From NCBI GenBank assembly GCA_045611685.1, contig JAZKXO010000003.1, forward strand, positions 20,767 to 84,766: a stretch of DNA of 64,000 bases, written 5' to 3'. Below are positions 50,615 through 59,805 of this stretch, one piece after another (position 1 is the stretch's first letter; the number at the start of each line of letters is the position of its first letter). This stretch comes from Eubacteriales bacterium. Lineage in GTDB: Bacteria > Bacillota > Clostridia > Oscillospirales > CAG-272. The notes beneath the pieces are model-generated. The model had not been told where the DNA came from. It worked only from the letters and a program-made list of their open reading frames with translations, and did no database searches. A program made the translations under genes and the position numbers.

Positions 50615-51253
50615 ATGACGAAGCTATATCTTATACGCCACGGCGAAAGCGAGGCAAACCGCGAGAGGCTGTTTGCAGGCAATTTCGATATTGATCTGAC
50701 TGAACTTGGCTACGCACAGGCGGAGCATATCCCCGAATACTTTCGTGAGATACATATTGATGGCATTTTCGCGTCCGATCTGAAGCGGGCGTATCATACC
50801 GCGTGCCCGCTTGCGAAAGCGAAAAATCTATCCGTAGTAAAAGAGCCTTCATTCCGTGAAATATCGGCGGGTGCATGGGAGGGCGTTCACTTCGATACGA
50901 TCATGGAGAAATATAAAGAGGATTATACCATCTGGCGCGAGGATATCGGCCGTGCCGTTTGTACGGACGGCGAGAGCGTACTCGCACTCAGCCGCCGCGT
51001 TTTGGATGCAATCACGCGAATCGCCGAAGAATACGACGGCAAAACGGTAGTGATCGCCACGCACGCGACGCCGATCCGTTCGCTCATCAGTCTGTGGGCA
51101 ACCGGCAGTCTCGGGGATATGAAAGAATACAAATGGGTGCCGAACGCGTCGATTACCGAGGCGTCGTATGAAAACGGCGTCTTTACACTCGAAAACATTG
51201 GCATAACCGAACACCTCGAGGGACTTCTCACAAAACTGCCGCCGACCGTGTAA
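50615..51253 (+). CDS. Histidine phosphatase (PGM family)
   Basis: RHGES, SDLKRAYHT, ATHA. Confidence 0.9.
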   Translation: MTKLYLIRHGESEANRERLFAGNFDIDLTELGYAQAEHIPEYFREIHIDGIFASDLKRAYHTACPLAKAKNLSVVKEPSFREISAGAWEGVHFDTIMEKYKEDYTIWREDIGRAVCTDGESVLALSRRVLDAITRIAEEYDGKTVVIATHATPIRSLISLWATGSLGDMKEYKWVPNASITEASYENGVFTLENIGITEHLEGLLTKLPPTV

Positions 51254-51259
51254 AATCGG

Positions 51260-51601
51260 TTACGGATTGCAGATGCCGCACGGCTTGTACCCGTCGGCGA
51301 TGAGATTCTCGCGGGAGCCTTCGAATTCTCGTTTATTCGAGTCATTCATTTGTCCGACGCTCCTGCAGTCGGAATAGTGAAATCGTTTGGTGCTTATATT
51401 TAAAACATATTTTACGGTTTGACGTAAAGATGACTCCTCGCCTGCCTCTGCGGCAAACGGCGTTGTGTCACCGGTGTACTCTGTCGCTGTGCTCTCCGTT
51501 TCGGCGGGGATGATCGTAATCGGACGCGGGCCTGCGTCTGCTGCACCGATGAGTACTGCCAATACCAAAGCCGCCGATGCGGCAATAATCTTGTTCTTCA
51601 T
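51260..51601 (-). CDS. Exported small protein with Ada-like metal-binding C-terminus
   Basis: Signal-like N-terminus; YVLNISTKRFHYSDC...GYKPCGICNP. Confidence 0.7.
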   Translation of the reverse strand: MKNKIIAASAALVLAVLIGAADAGPRPITIIPAETESTATEYTGDTTPFAAEAGEESSLRQTVKYVLNISTKRFHYSDCRSVGQMNDSNKREFEGSRENLIADGYKPCGICNP

Positions 51602-51699
51602 ACAGATTGCCCTTTTTGAGTTCAGAAGATATGCCAAAGTTCGACATAGAATATAAAAGAAAGCGGAGAGTGTACGGCGGTACATTTCTCCGCTTTTTG

Positions 51700-52509
51700 T
51701 TAGAATTTTACCTCGTTAAACCACGGCACCTCTGATCTATAAGGGAAAACTTTCCCTTTTGGAAGAGAATAGAGTGCCGTGGCAGCAAAAACATCTATTG
51801 CACCGGCTGCGATAAGTTTTTCGGCGCAGGATGAGAGTGTTGCACCCGATGTGAGGATATCGTCGCAGAGGATGTAGCGCTTGCCTTGGCAGTCGGCTGT
51901 GGACCGAACCGCGTATGTGTCGGCGGCACTCTTTATGCGGTCCGCTTTGCGCAGCCGTTTCTGCTCTGTCTCACGTTTGCGGGTGAAAACAGTTTTGAAT
52001 TCGGCACCGAGATCCTTCGCCACAAATCGGGCAATTCTCTTTGCTTGATCTACACCCGTCTTTCGTTTGTTCCTTCGCCGACGTGGCGGATAGGTGATGA
52101 TCCACTCGCGGACGTCCTCGCCGTTTTTGAGAAAGTGCTTTAGGAGTTCTTTCGAAAGCATTCGTGCGAGAACGCGCGCGGCGGTATCGTCGGTACTGTT
52201 TTTGACTGTATAGATGAGGCGATTCAGGAGGGCCTCTTTGTTTTTCGGCTGATAAAAGCCAACGGTAACAAAGCGGCGGCCGCCTACGGTCGATATCGTC
52301 TTTCGCAGCGGTTTCGGTGCACATCGGCATTCAGGCGCGCGACAGCGGCACACGGGACAGCGGATCTCGAGTTCCGCCGAAAGATAGCGGGCGCACTCCT
52401 TGCATAGATGTGCCTCCTCTCCCTCCGGTGCGATTTTGCCGCAGAGCGGGCATTTACGCGGAAAAAACAAGGAGAGAATAGCATCACCGAATTTTGAAGG
52501 CGTAATCAT
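51700..52509 (-). CDS. comF: ComF-family (double Zn ribbon + PRTase) protein
   Basis: CPLCG...CKEC...CPVC; LCDDILTSGATL. Confidence 0.85.
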   Translation of the reverse strand: MITPSKFGDAILSLFFPRKCPLCGKIAPEGEEAHLCKECARYLSAELEIRCPVCRCRAPECRCAPKPLRKTISTVGGRRFVTVGFYQPKNKEALLNRLIYTVKNSTDDTAARVLARMLSKELLKHFLKNGEDVREWIITYPPRRRRNKRKTGVDQAKRIARFVAKDLGAEFKTVFTRKRETEQKRLRKADRIKSAADTYAVRSTADCQGKRYILCDDILTSGATLSSCAEKLIAAGAIDVFAATALYSLPKGKVFPYRSEVPWFNEVKF

Positions 52510-54740
52510 TTGTGAAACGCCTCCCTGACGAACGCTTTGAGATGCGTACAACGGACGGCGTGTCTGTCATTTGCGACCATATCGGCGAGAATATCCTGCC
52601 GACCGACGAGGATGACCATCCTCTCCGCTCTTGTAACGGCGGTATAGAGAAGATTTCTCGTTCGGAGCATCGGAGGGCAGTTGAAAATCGGCAGAATGAC
52701 GACCGGATATTCGCTGCCCTGGCTTTTATGTACGGTTACGGCATACGCGTGTTCGAGCTCGTCGAGCATGGAAAATTCGTAGATGACCTCTCTGTCGTCA
52801 AAAGAGACGACGAGCGATTCGGAGACGGGATCTATATCCGTTATGACGCCTATATCTCCGTTAAAGATACCCATGCCTTCCTTGCCGTTTTTCGTCCAGA
52901 CAAGGGAATAATTGTTTTTGATTTGCATCACCCGATCGCCCGTTCGGAATACGGACTCACGAACTTTGCGCTCTGCCTTCTCGGGGCTTTTCGGATTGAG
53001 CGCCGCCTGCATCATTTGATTGAGGCGTACCGTGCCGGCAGCACCGTTGTGGGAGGGGGTGATGATCTGAATATTACCGACGATCTCCTCGCCGTACGAG
53101 CGGGGAAGACGGTTTTTGCAGAGATCGGCAACGGTCAAGGCGATTTCCTCGTCCGTTCTTCGGGTGAGGAAGAAGAAATCCTTATTTTTCTCTGTGATGT
53201 TCGGGAAGCGTCCCTCGTTTATCGCGTGCGAGTTCGTTACGATGAGGCTTTCTTCCGCTTGACGGAAGATCTCCGTGAGTCGGATCGTCGGGATGACACC
53301 GGATGCGATCAGATCGCCGAGGACGTTTCCGGCACCCACAGACGGCAGCTGATCTGCGTCTCCGATGAGGATGAGACGGGCGCCGTTTTTTACGGCACGT
53401 AAAAGCGATTCGAGGAGAAGCACGTCCATCATAGAGCACTCATCCAGAATGATGACGTCCTCGTCCAGATAATTCTTTTCGCCTCGTTGAAAGGACGTTC
53501 GGTCCTCGGTACCGAACTCCATCTCCAAAAGGCGGTGAACGGTTTTTGCTTCGCGGGATGTGGCTTCGCTCATCCGTTTAGCGGCGCGCCCGGTAGGGGC
53601 GGCCAAAGCGCAGTCAAAGCCGAGGCTTTCAAAAATGGAAATCAATGCGCGGATGATGGTCGTTTTTCCTGTGCCGGGACCGCCCGTGAGGAGCATCACG
53701 CCTTCGGCGAGCGCCGTGCGGATCGCGTGCTTTTGGGCGGAGGCGTACTCGATTTTGTTTTCCGATTCAAGTTTCCAGATCAGCCGTTCCGTATCGCCCG
53801 TATCGGTTTGTGGGCAGACGCGGCAAAGTTGGCTCATTTTCTTTGCGATATACTGCTCCGCGCGGTAATAGTTTGGCAAAAAGAGAAGAAGATCGCCATT
53901 CTCCGAAACGAAGGAAAGACGTTTTTCATCAAGCATAGAGGAAACGGCATCGGCACAAAGTTCTGCGTCAACGGTCAAAAGATCGGCGGCAAGCCGGATA
54001 ACGTCCGATTTTGGGAGACATGTGTGGCCGTTCTTTTGTGCTTCGTTTTCGAGCACGAATCGGATGCCCGCCGTAATGCGGTCAGGGGAGGATTCGGGCA
54101 TACCGAGGGACATGGCGAGCCTGTCCGCGTTCTTAAAACCGATACCGTCGATATTCTCACAGAGAATATACGGGTTTTCACGGATGAGATCCACGGAGGC
54201 ACCGCCCCATCGTTTGAATATTTTGACGGCGGCCGACGGCGAAAAATAATCACGGCAGAACATCATAACGGCGCGCACACCGGCAGTTTCGGCAAAACTT
54301 TCACTGATTGCCGCGGCTTTCTTTTGAGAAATGCCCGGAATCTCCGCCAGCCAATCGGGGTGGTTGGCGAGAACGTCGAAGGTGTCCGTGCCGAATTTCT
54401 CTACGATCCGCGAAGCCGTTCTGGGGCCGATCCCTTTCACGTTTCCCGCTGAAAGATAGCGGAGAATATCGCTCTCCTCGGCGGGGAGCGTCTTTTCGTA
54501 AAAATCCGCTTTGAACTGCGGGCCGTAAACCGCGTGATTCACAAAAGTGCCCTTTGCCGTGATCTTGTCCCCCTCCGTGAGAAAGGGAAGTATGCCGGTA
54601 ACGGTGATCTCGTCGCCGTCCGGCGTTGTGATCTCGCATACGGTGTAGCCGTTCTCTTCATTCTGGTAGATGATCGCGGATACCGTGCCGGACACGGTAT
54701 GCTTGTCGTGGGGGATCATGGGAATTTCAGAATAACTCAT
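52506..54740 (-). CDS. recD2: RecD2-like ATP-dependent helicase
   Basis: HhH region, GGPGTGKTT, APTGRAAKR, DECSM, HKSQGSEY, YTAVTRA. Confidence 0.95.
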   Translation of the reverse strand: MSYSEIPMIPHDKHTVSGTVSAIIYQNEENGYTVCEITTPDGDEITVTGILPFLTEGDKITAKGTFVNHAVYGPQFKADFYEKTLPAEESDILRYLSAGNVKGIGPRTASRIVEKFGTDTFDVLANHPDWLAEIPGISQKKAAAISESFAETAGVRAVMMFCRDYFSPSAAVKIFKRWGGASVDLIRENPYILCENIDGIGFKNADRLAMSLGMPESSPDRITAGIRFVLENEAQKNGHTCLPKSDVIRLAADLLTVDAELCADAVSSMLDEKRLSFVSENGDLLLFLPNYYRAEQYIAKKMSQLCRVCPQTDTGDTERLIWKLESENKIEYASAQKHAIRTALAEGVMLLTGGPGTGKTTIIRALISIFESLGFDCALAAPTGRAAKRMSEATSREAKTVHRLLEMEFGTEDRTSFQRGEKNYLDEDVIILDECSMMDVLLLESLLRAVKNGARLILIGDADQLPSVGAGNVLGDLIASGVIPTIRLTEIFRQAEESLIVTNSHAINEGRFPNITEKNKDFFFLTRRTDEEIALTVADLCKNRLPRSYGEEIVGNIQIITPSHNGAAGTVRLNQMMQAALNPKSPEKAERKVRESVFRTGDRVMQIKNNYSLVWTKNGKEGMGIFNGDIGVITDIDPVSESLVVSFDDREVIYEFSMLDELEHAYAVTVHKSQGSEYPVVILPIFNCPPMLRTRNLLYTAVTRAERMVILVGRQDILADMVANDRHAVRCTHLKAFVREAFHK

Positions 54741-54768
54741 AAACCGCGCCGGAAATCCGGCATCCTTT

Positions 54769-54930
54769 CTACATTTTGTTTCTATTATTATACCCTAAAT
54801 CCCGTTCATTGTCAATTTTCTTGCTCCACCGTTCTGCCAATCTAAAGAGGAGCTTTTTCAGTTCGTATAAGGCTGAATAGAAGCCGAAAACGGCGAACAT
54901 TGCGACGAGAACGGCGAGAATTTCGTTCAT
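54769..54930 (-). CDS. Small membrane protein (53 aa)
   Basis: GGGAGG RBS; MNEILAVLVAMFAVFGFYSAL... single TM. Confidence 0.6.
   Translation of the reverse strand: MNEILAVLVAMFAVFGFYSALYELKKLLFRLAERWSKKIDNERDLGYNNRNKM
54787..54815 (-). promoter_or_regulatory. Consensus sigA promoter of recD2-comF, inside the small ORF
   Basis: TTGACA-17-TATAAT. Confidence 0.8.
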
Positions 54931-55031
54931 AACTGCCTCCCACGTTTTTTCTAATAAAGTATGCCGGGAGACGGACGTGTGTGCATAAAAAAGGCACCGT
55001 ATCAAAGATACGGTGCCTTTTGGATAACCAA

Positions 55032-56207
55032 TTACAGAAGTGCCTTTTTCATTTCATCGGCAAGGTCGCGCTTTTCCCACGGGAGACCGAGCTCTTCGCG
55101 TCCCATATGACCGTAGGCAGCCACCTGCTTGTAGATGGGGCGGCGGAGATCGAATTTCTGAATAATTGCCGCGGGGCGAAGATCGACGTGCTTGGTAACG
55201 TAGGCGGAGATTTGCTCCTCGGCGATCTTTGCCGTGCCGAACGTGTCAACGAGCACGGATACGGGGTGAGCTACGCCGATCGCGTAGGCAAGCTGGACCT
55301 CGCATTTGTCGGCGAGGCCGGCGGCAACAATGTTTTTCGCAATATAGCGCGCCATGTAGGAGGCGGAGCGGTCTACCTTCGTCGGATCTTTGCCGGAGAA
55401 AGCGCCGCCGCCGTGACGGGAATAGCCGCCGTAGGTGTCTACGATAATTTTTCGTCCGGTAAGGCCGCTGTCGCCGTGCGGGCCGCCGATAACGAAACGG
55501 CCGGTGGGGTTCACGTGGATGATCGTCTTATCGTCAATCATAGAAGGATCGACGATCGGCGTGATGACGTGTTCGATGACATCCTTGCGGATATCTTCAA
55601 GCGCTACGTCAGGGTCGTGTTGAGAAGACACGACGATCGTGTCGATGCGAACGGGCTTTCCGTCTTCGTATTCCACGGTAACCTGCGTCTTTCCGTCCGG
55701 ACGGAGATAGGGAAGCGTGCCGTTCTTTCTGACAGCAGTCAGCTGAATGGCAAGCTTATGTGCGGTCGAGATCGGATAGGGCATAAGCTCCGGCGTCTCA
55801 TTGCAGGCGTAGCCGAACATAAGGCCCTGGTCGCCGGCACCGATATCAAACGGATCGGTATCGCCGTTCTTGGCTTCGAGGGATTTGTCAACGCCGAGAG
55901 CGATGTCTGCGGACTGCTCATGAATGGAGTTCAGGACAGCGCACGTATCGCAGTCAAAGCCATATTTCGCGCGGTCGTAGCCGATTTCGCGGACGGTCTC
56001 ACGGACGATACTTTGGATATCGACGTATCCGGCGGTCGTGATCTCGCCGAGGACCATGACGAGGCCCGTCGTGCACGTAGTCTCACACGCAACGCGAGAC
56101 ATAGGGTCTTGGCGCAGCATTTCGTCGAGGATCGCATCGGAGATCTGATCGCAGATCTTGTCGGGATGTCCCTCGGTTACGGATTCGGAAGTGAAAAACT
56201 GTCTCAT
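55032..56207 (-). CDS. metK: S-adenosylmethionine synthetase
   Basis: [28 protein letters not shown]. Confidence 0.98.
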   Translation of the reverse strand: MRQFFTSESVTEGHPDKICDQISDAILDEMLRQDPMSRVACETTCTTGLVMVLGEITTAGYVDIQSIVRETVREIGYDRAKYGFDCDTCAVLNSIHEQSADIALGVDKSLEAKNGDTDPFDIGAGDQGLMFGYACNETPELMPYPISTAHKLAIQLTAVRKNGTLPYLRPDGKTQVTVEYEDGKPVRIDTIVVSSQHDPDVALEDIRKDVIEHVITPIVDPSMIDDKTIIHVNPTGRFVIGGPHGDSGLTGRKIIVDTYGGYSRHGGGAFSGKDPTKVDRSASYMARYIAKNIVAAGLADKCEVQLAYAIGVAHPVSVLVDTFGTAKIAEEQISAYVTKHVDLRPAAIIQKFDLRRPIYKQVAAYGHMGREELGLPWEKRDLADEMKKALL

Positions 56208-56281
56208 AGTGTTCCTTTCTCTGACGGATAAAAAATTGCCCCGGACAGAGTCCGAGGCAAATCAACCGTTTGCTTATCGAC

Positions 56282-56372
56282 TCTTATCTATCGGGAATTA
56301 GCACCTTGCCGACTTTTATCGGTAGGTTGCCGGGCTTCATGGGGCCTGTCCCTCCGCCACTCTTGATAAGAT
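56282..56372 (-). promoter_or_regulatory. SAM-I (S-box) riboswitch; terminator at about 56230-56260
   Basis: CTTATCAAGAGTGGCGGAGGGACAGGCCC-ATGAAGCCCGGCAACC...GGTGCTAATTCC...AGATAAG. Confidence 0.95.
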
Positions 56373-56448
56373 TCATTTTTTACACAGTAGAGTATAGCAC
56401 ATCTTCGCGTAAATTGCAATAGGAAGTAGAAAAAAAGACGAAAAAACA

Positions 56449-56473
56449 GAGGCGACGATGAAATCGCCGCCTC
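56449..56473 (-). terminator. Terminator of the 57082-57555 gene, now separated from it by an insertion
   Basis: GAGGCG.CGAT-GAA-ATCG.CGCCTC followed by a T-run on the minus strand. Confidence 0.7.
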
Positions 56474-56487
56474 GACTTTTACGCCAA

Positions 56488-57082
56488 ATCCCAATTCCCT
56501 TTTGTGTTCCCATAAACCACAAGGGGAAATGGACGATAAATTGGAATTTTACGAATTCTTCAATATCTGATATTCTATGAATTTTGCCACACCATCTGCA
56601 TCATTAGCAATACCAACCAAATCATCGGAAAGAATCGTTTCATAATCCTCAATTGGAAGATTAGAATATGCACAATCTCCTGTTTCAAGAGTAATTCGTA
56701 GATTTGGATAGCGTTTCAACTCATTCAATAAATACGCAGCACTTCTTAAGCATATACCATAATCTGTTCGTTGGTTTCTGTAAATAATTCTTGCTCCATT
56801 GGAAACAACCATTGCATCAAAATCAATCAAATCACAATATTGTTTTGTGGTGCGAAATGGTCTGGCAGTAGCAACCATAATTTTGATTCCACATTTTTAA
56901 CATTCATTAAGGACTTTAATAGTATATGCAGATAGGGTTTTATCTGTATGTAGCAATGTTCTATCTAAATCTACAATGATGGCCTTAATATTTACAGTTT
57001 TTTGCATTGCCGTTACCCCTATCCAAATCCTTGTTTATCGAACACATTATCATAGTCCGGGAACATAAAGTCGAATTGGGAC
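56488..57082. mobile_element. Non-autonomous mobile insertion cassette (595 bp)
   Basis: 24-bp TIRs 56488-56511 and 57059-57082 (19/24 identical), 8-bp direct repeat TACGCCAA at 56480-56487 and 57083-57090, AT-rich interior, no transposase. Confidence 0.85.
56549..57007 (-). pseudogene. Cof-type HAD hydrolase pseudogene
   Basis: MQKTVNIKAIIVDLDRTLL...NEC*KCGIKIMVATARP...SNGA...; in-frame TAA; motifs III/IV missing before NDADGVAKFIE. Confidence 0.85.
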
Positions 57083-57555
57083 TACGCCAAAAAGGATAAA
57101 AAGGACAAAAAACCGTAGGAGATTCCGCTCATAATGAACGCTGCGATGATGACACCTGCGAAAATTGAGGGGAGGGAATACTTCATACGCATGTTTAGAA
57201 GCGCGGCGGCAAGAGCGCCCGTCCACGCACCTGTTCCGGGAAGCGGAATACCGACGAAAAGCATAAGACCGAACGAGGCGTATTTCATCACCTTCACCGT
57301 GTTCTTTTTTCCTTTTTCCTCTACCCACAGTGCAATTTTTGAAAAGGCTTTCGTTGTTTTCATCCAAGCGAGAATATGGCGGATGAAAAGGAGAATAAAC
57401 GGCACGGGAACCATGTTTCCAATAACGCTGACTGAGAAATTGGCGAGCCATGGAAGCCCCAACGCCGCACCGATCGGGATCGCGCCACGCAACTCTATGA
57501 GAGGCACCATGGAACAGAAAAAGACGTATAAGTAATGCTCAATTTGCTCTAACAT
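57082..57555 (-). CDS. Small multi-drug export-like membrane protein (COG2426-like)
   Basis: PLIELRGAIP, GNMVPVPFI, FVGIPLPGTGAWTG. Confidence 0.85.
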   Translation of the reverse strand: MLEQIEHYLYVFFCSMVPLIELRGAIPIGAALGLPWLANFSVSVIGNMVPVPFILLFIRHILAWMKTTKAFSKIALWVEEKGKKNTVKVMKYASFGLMLFVGIPLPGTGAWTGALAAALLNMRMKYSLPSIFAGVIIAAFIMSGISYGFLSFLSFLA

Positions 57556-57635
57556 GGCCGTTATTCCTTACTCCTTATGTGGATTGTGACGTATGTATTT
57601 TACCATATTCCGGTGGTGATTGCAAGGGTAATGCG

Positions 57636-58253
57636 TCAGATGTGGAGGATTTTCGATACGCGCTTATACAGCAAGAGATTGATAACCGAGCACAGAACGC
57701 CTTTTATAATATTAAAGGGCGCAACTGCGAAAACGACGAGCGTTTTGAGATCGGTTACAAGCGGATTTACCGCGGTGCCCATGCCAATAATTGAATCGAT
57801 GGGCATATCGTAAAGCTTTGAGAAGGCGGGGATCAGGAAAATGTAGTTAAAAAGACCGCCGATGGCCGCGAGAGAAAGCGTGCCGACGATGAGCGAGATG
57901 ATCGCACCTTTTCTGTTTTTGATGAATTTATAAATCAGCGAAGCGGGCACTACGAACGCACAACCTGTGATGAAATTGGCCAACTCGCCGACATAGGTGG
58001 TAGTGGTGCCGTTCAGAAGGATATTGATGAGGTTTTTGAGAAACTCAATGACGGCGGCTGCAACGGGGCCCATGGCGAATCCGCCCATTAGGATCACCGC
58101 TTCGGAAAGATCAAGCTTATAAAATCCCGGGACGAACCAAAGCGGGAATTCGAAGAGCATAATGATGGAAGAAATTGCGGCGAGAACCGCAATCTTCGTA
58201 ATATCGTGAATGGTTTTTCTGGATTTGGTGAGGTTGTTTTTTTGTGTTGACAT
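57636..58253 (-). CDS. ribU: ECF S component, riboflavin transporter
   Basis: KLDLSE, GELANF, PFNIIKG; FMN riboswitch upstream. Confidence 0.9.
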   Translation of the reverse strand: MSTQKNNLTKSRKTIHDITKIAVLAAISSIIMLFEFPLWFVPGFYKLDLSEAVILMGGFAMGPVAAAVIEFLKNLINILLNGTTTTYVGELANFITGCAFVVPASLIYKFIKNRKGAIISLIVGTLSLAAIGGLFNYIFLIPAFSKLYDMPIDSIIGMGTAVNPLVTDLKTLVVFAVAPFNIIKGVLCSVINLLLYKRVSKILHI

Positions 58254-58367
58254 AATAATTCTCCTTCGTAAATACACAAGGAGAAGATAAAACCCCGAGC
58301 GAAGAATCGACTCGGGGAAGCTAACTCCGTTTGGAGGCTGAAAGCCTGCCATTATGCGGTTTAGTAT

Positions 58368-58480
58368 ATCTTCTCTCATCCGGACTTTAACCGTCGGTGC
58401 AGGAATTACGCCTGCTCGGCGCCTGTGGGCGTTCGTGGACTGTACCACCGGTATGGATTTTCACCATTCCCCGAAGACTT
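58368..58480 (-). promoter_or_regulatory. FMN (RFN) riboswitch
   Basis: TCTTCGGGG..GGTGAAA.TCC..ACCGGTGGTA.AGTCCACGA...CCGACGGTTAAAGTCCGGATGAGAGAAGA. Confidence 0.95.
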
Positions 58481-58559
58481 GTTCAATTTTTGAAAGAGCA
58501 CCGACGCGGTCGCGCCGGTGCTCTCGGAAAATCGGTTTTATCCGATAGGCAGAGTAAAA

Positions 58560-59765
58560 TTACTCAGCGATCTCAGATACAACGCCGGAACCTACGGTTC
58601 TACCACCCTCACGGATAGCGAAACGCAGACCCTTCTCGATAGCGATAGGAGTAATGAGCTCAACGTTCATTACAACGTTATCGCCGGGGCGGCACATATC
58701 AACGCCTTCGGGAAGAGTGATGGTACCGGTAACGTCGGTCGTTCTGAAGTAGAACTGCGGACGGTAGCCGGAGAAGAACGGCTTCTGACGACCGCCCTCT
58801 TTCTCGTGCAGAACGTAAACCTGACCGGAGAACTTGGTGTAGGGGTTGATGGAGCCGGGCTTGCAGAGAACCTGACCGCGCTCGATCTCGTTCTTCTGGA
58901 TACCACGGAGGAGGAGACCTACGTTGTCGCCTGCCTCAGCGTAGTCAAGCAGCTTACGGAACATTTCGATACCGGTGATGACGGTGGTCTTCTTCTCGTC
59001 AGCAAGACCAACGATTTCTACGTTGTCAGACATACGAACCTGTCCACGCTCAACACGACCGGTAGCAACAGTACCACGACCGGTGATGGAGAATACGTCC
59101 TCGACGGGCATCAGGAAGGGCAGATCAGCCTTTCTGTCCGGAGTCGGGATGTAGCTGTCAACAGCAGCCATGAGCTCCATGATAGGTGCGTAAACTGCAT
59201 CGGAGTTATCGGTAACAGCGCTCTCGAGAGCTTCACGAGCGGAACCGCGAACGATCGGAATATCATCACCCGGGAAGTCGTACTCGGAGAGAAGATCACG
59301 GATCTCCATCTCAACGAGGTCGCACAGCTCAGCGTCATCAACGAGGTCGCACTTGTTCATGAATACAACGAGTGCAGGAACGCCTACCTGACGAGCAAGC
59401 AGGATGTGCTCACGGGTCTGAGCCATCGGGCCGTCGGTAGCAGCAACTACGAGGATAGCGCCGTCCATCTGAGCAGCACCGGTGATCATGTTCTTAACGT
59501 AGTCGGCGTGGCCGGGGCAGTCAACGTGTGCGTAGTGACGGTTCTCAGTCTCGTACTCAACGTGACGGGTGTTAATGGTGATACCACGAGCCTTCTCTTC
59601 GGGAGCGTTGTCGATCTGGTCATAAGCCAAGAACTCAACGTTGCCGGCACCGAGAGACAGAGTCTTGGTGATAGCTGCGGTCAGAGTGGTCTTACCGTGG
59701 TCAACGTGACCGATGGTACCAATGTTAACATGGGGTTTACTACGCTCAAATTTTTCCTTTGCCAT
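58560..59765 (-). CDS. tuf: Elongation factor Tu
   Basis: [32 protein letters not shown]. Confidence 0.99.
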   Translation of the reverse strand: MAKEKFERSKPHVNIGTIGHVDHGKTTLTAAITKTLSLGAGNVEFLAYDQIDNAPEEKARGITINTRHVEYETENRHYAHVDCPGHADYVKNMITGAAQMDGAILVVAATDGPMAQTREHILLARQVGVPALVVFMNKCDLVDDAELCDLVEMEIRDLLSEYDFPGDDIPIVRGSAREALESAVTDNSDAVYAPIMELMAAVDSYIPTPDRKADLPFLMPVEDVFSITGRGTVATGRVERGQVRMSDNVEIVGLADEKKTTVITGIEMFRKLLDYAEAGDNVGLLLRGIQKNEIERGQVLCKPGSINPYTKFSGQVYVLHEKEGGRQKPFFSGYRPQFYFRTTDVTGTITLPEGVDMCRPGDNVVMNVELITPIAIEKGLRFAIREGGRTVGSGVVSEIAE

Positions 59766-59805
59766 GGATATGTCCTCCTAAAAATTTAGAGATTTGGATT
59801 TTTAA

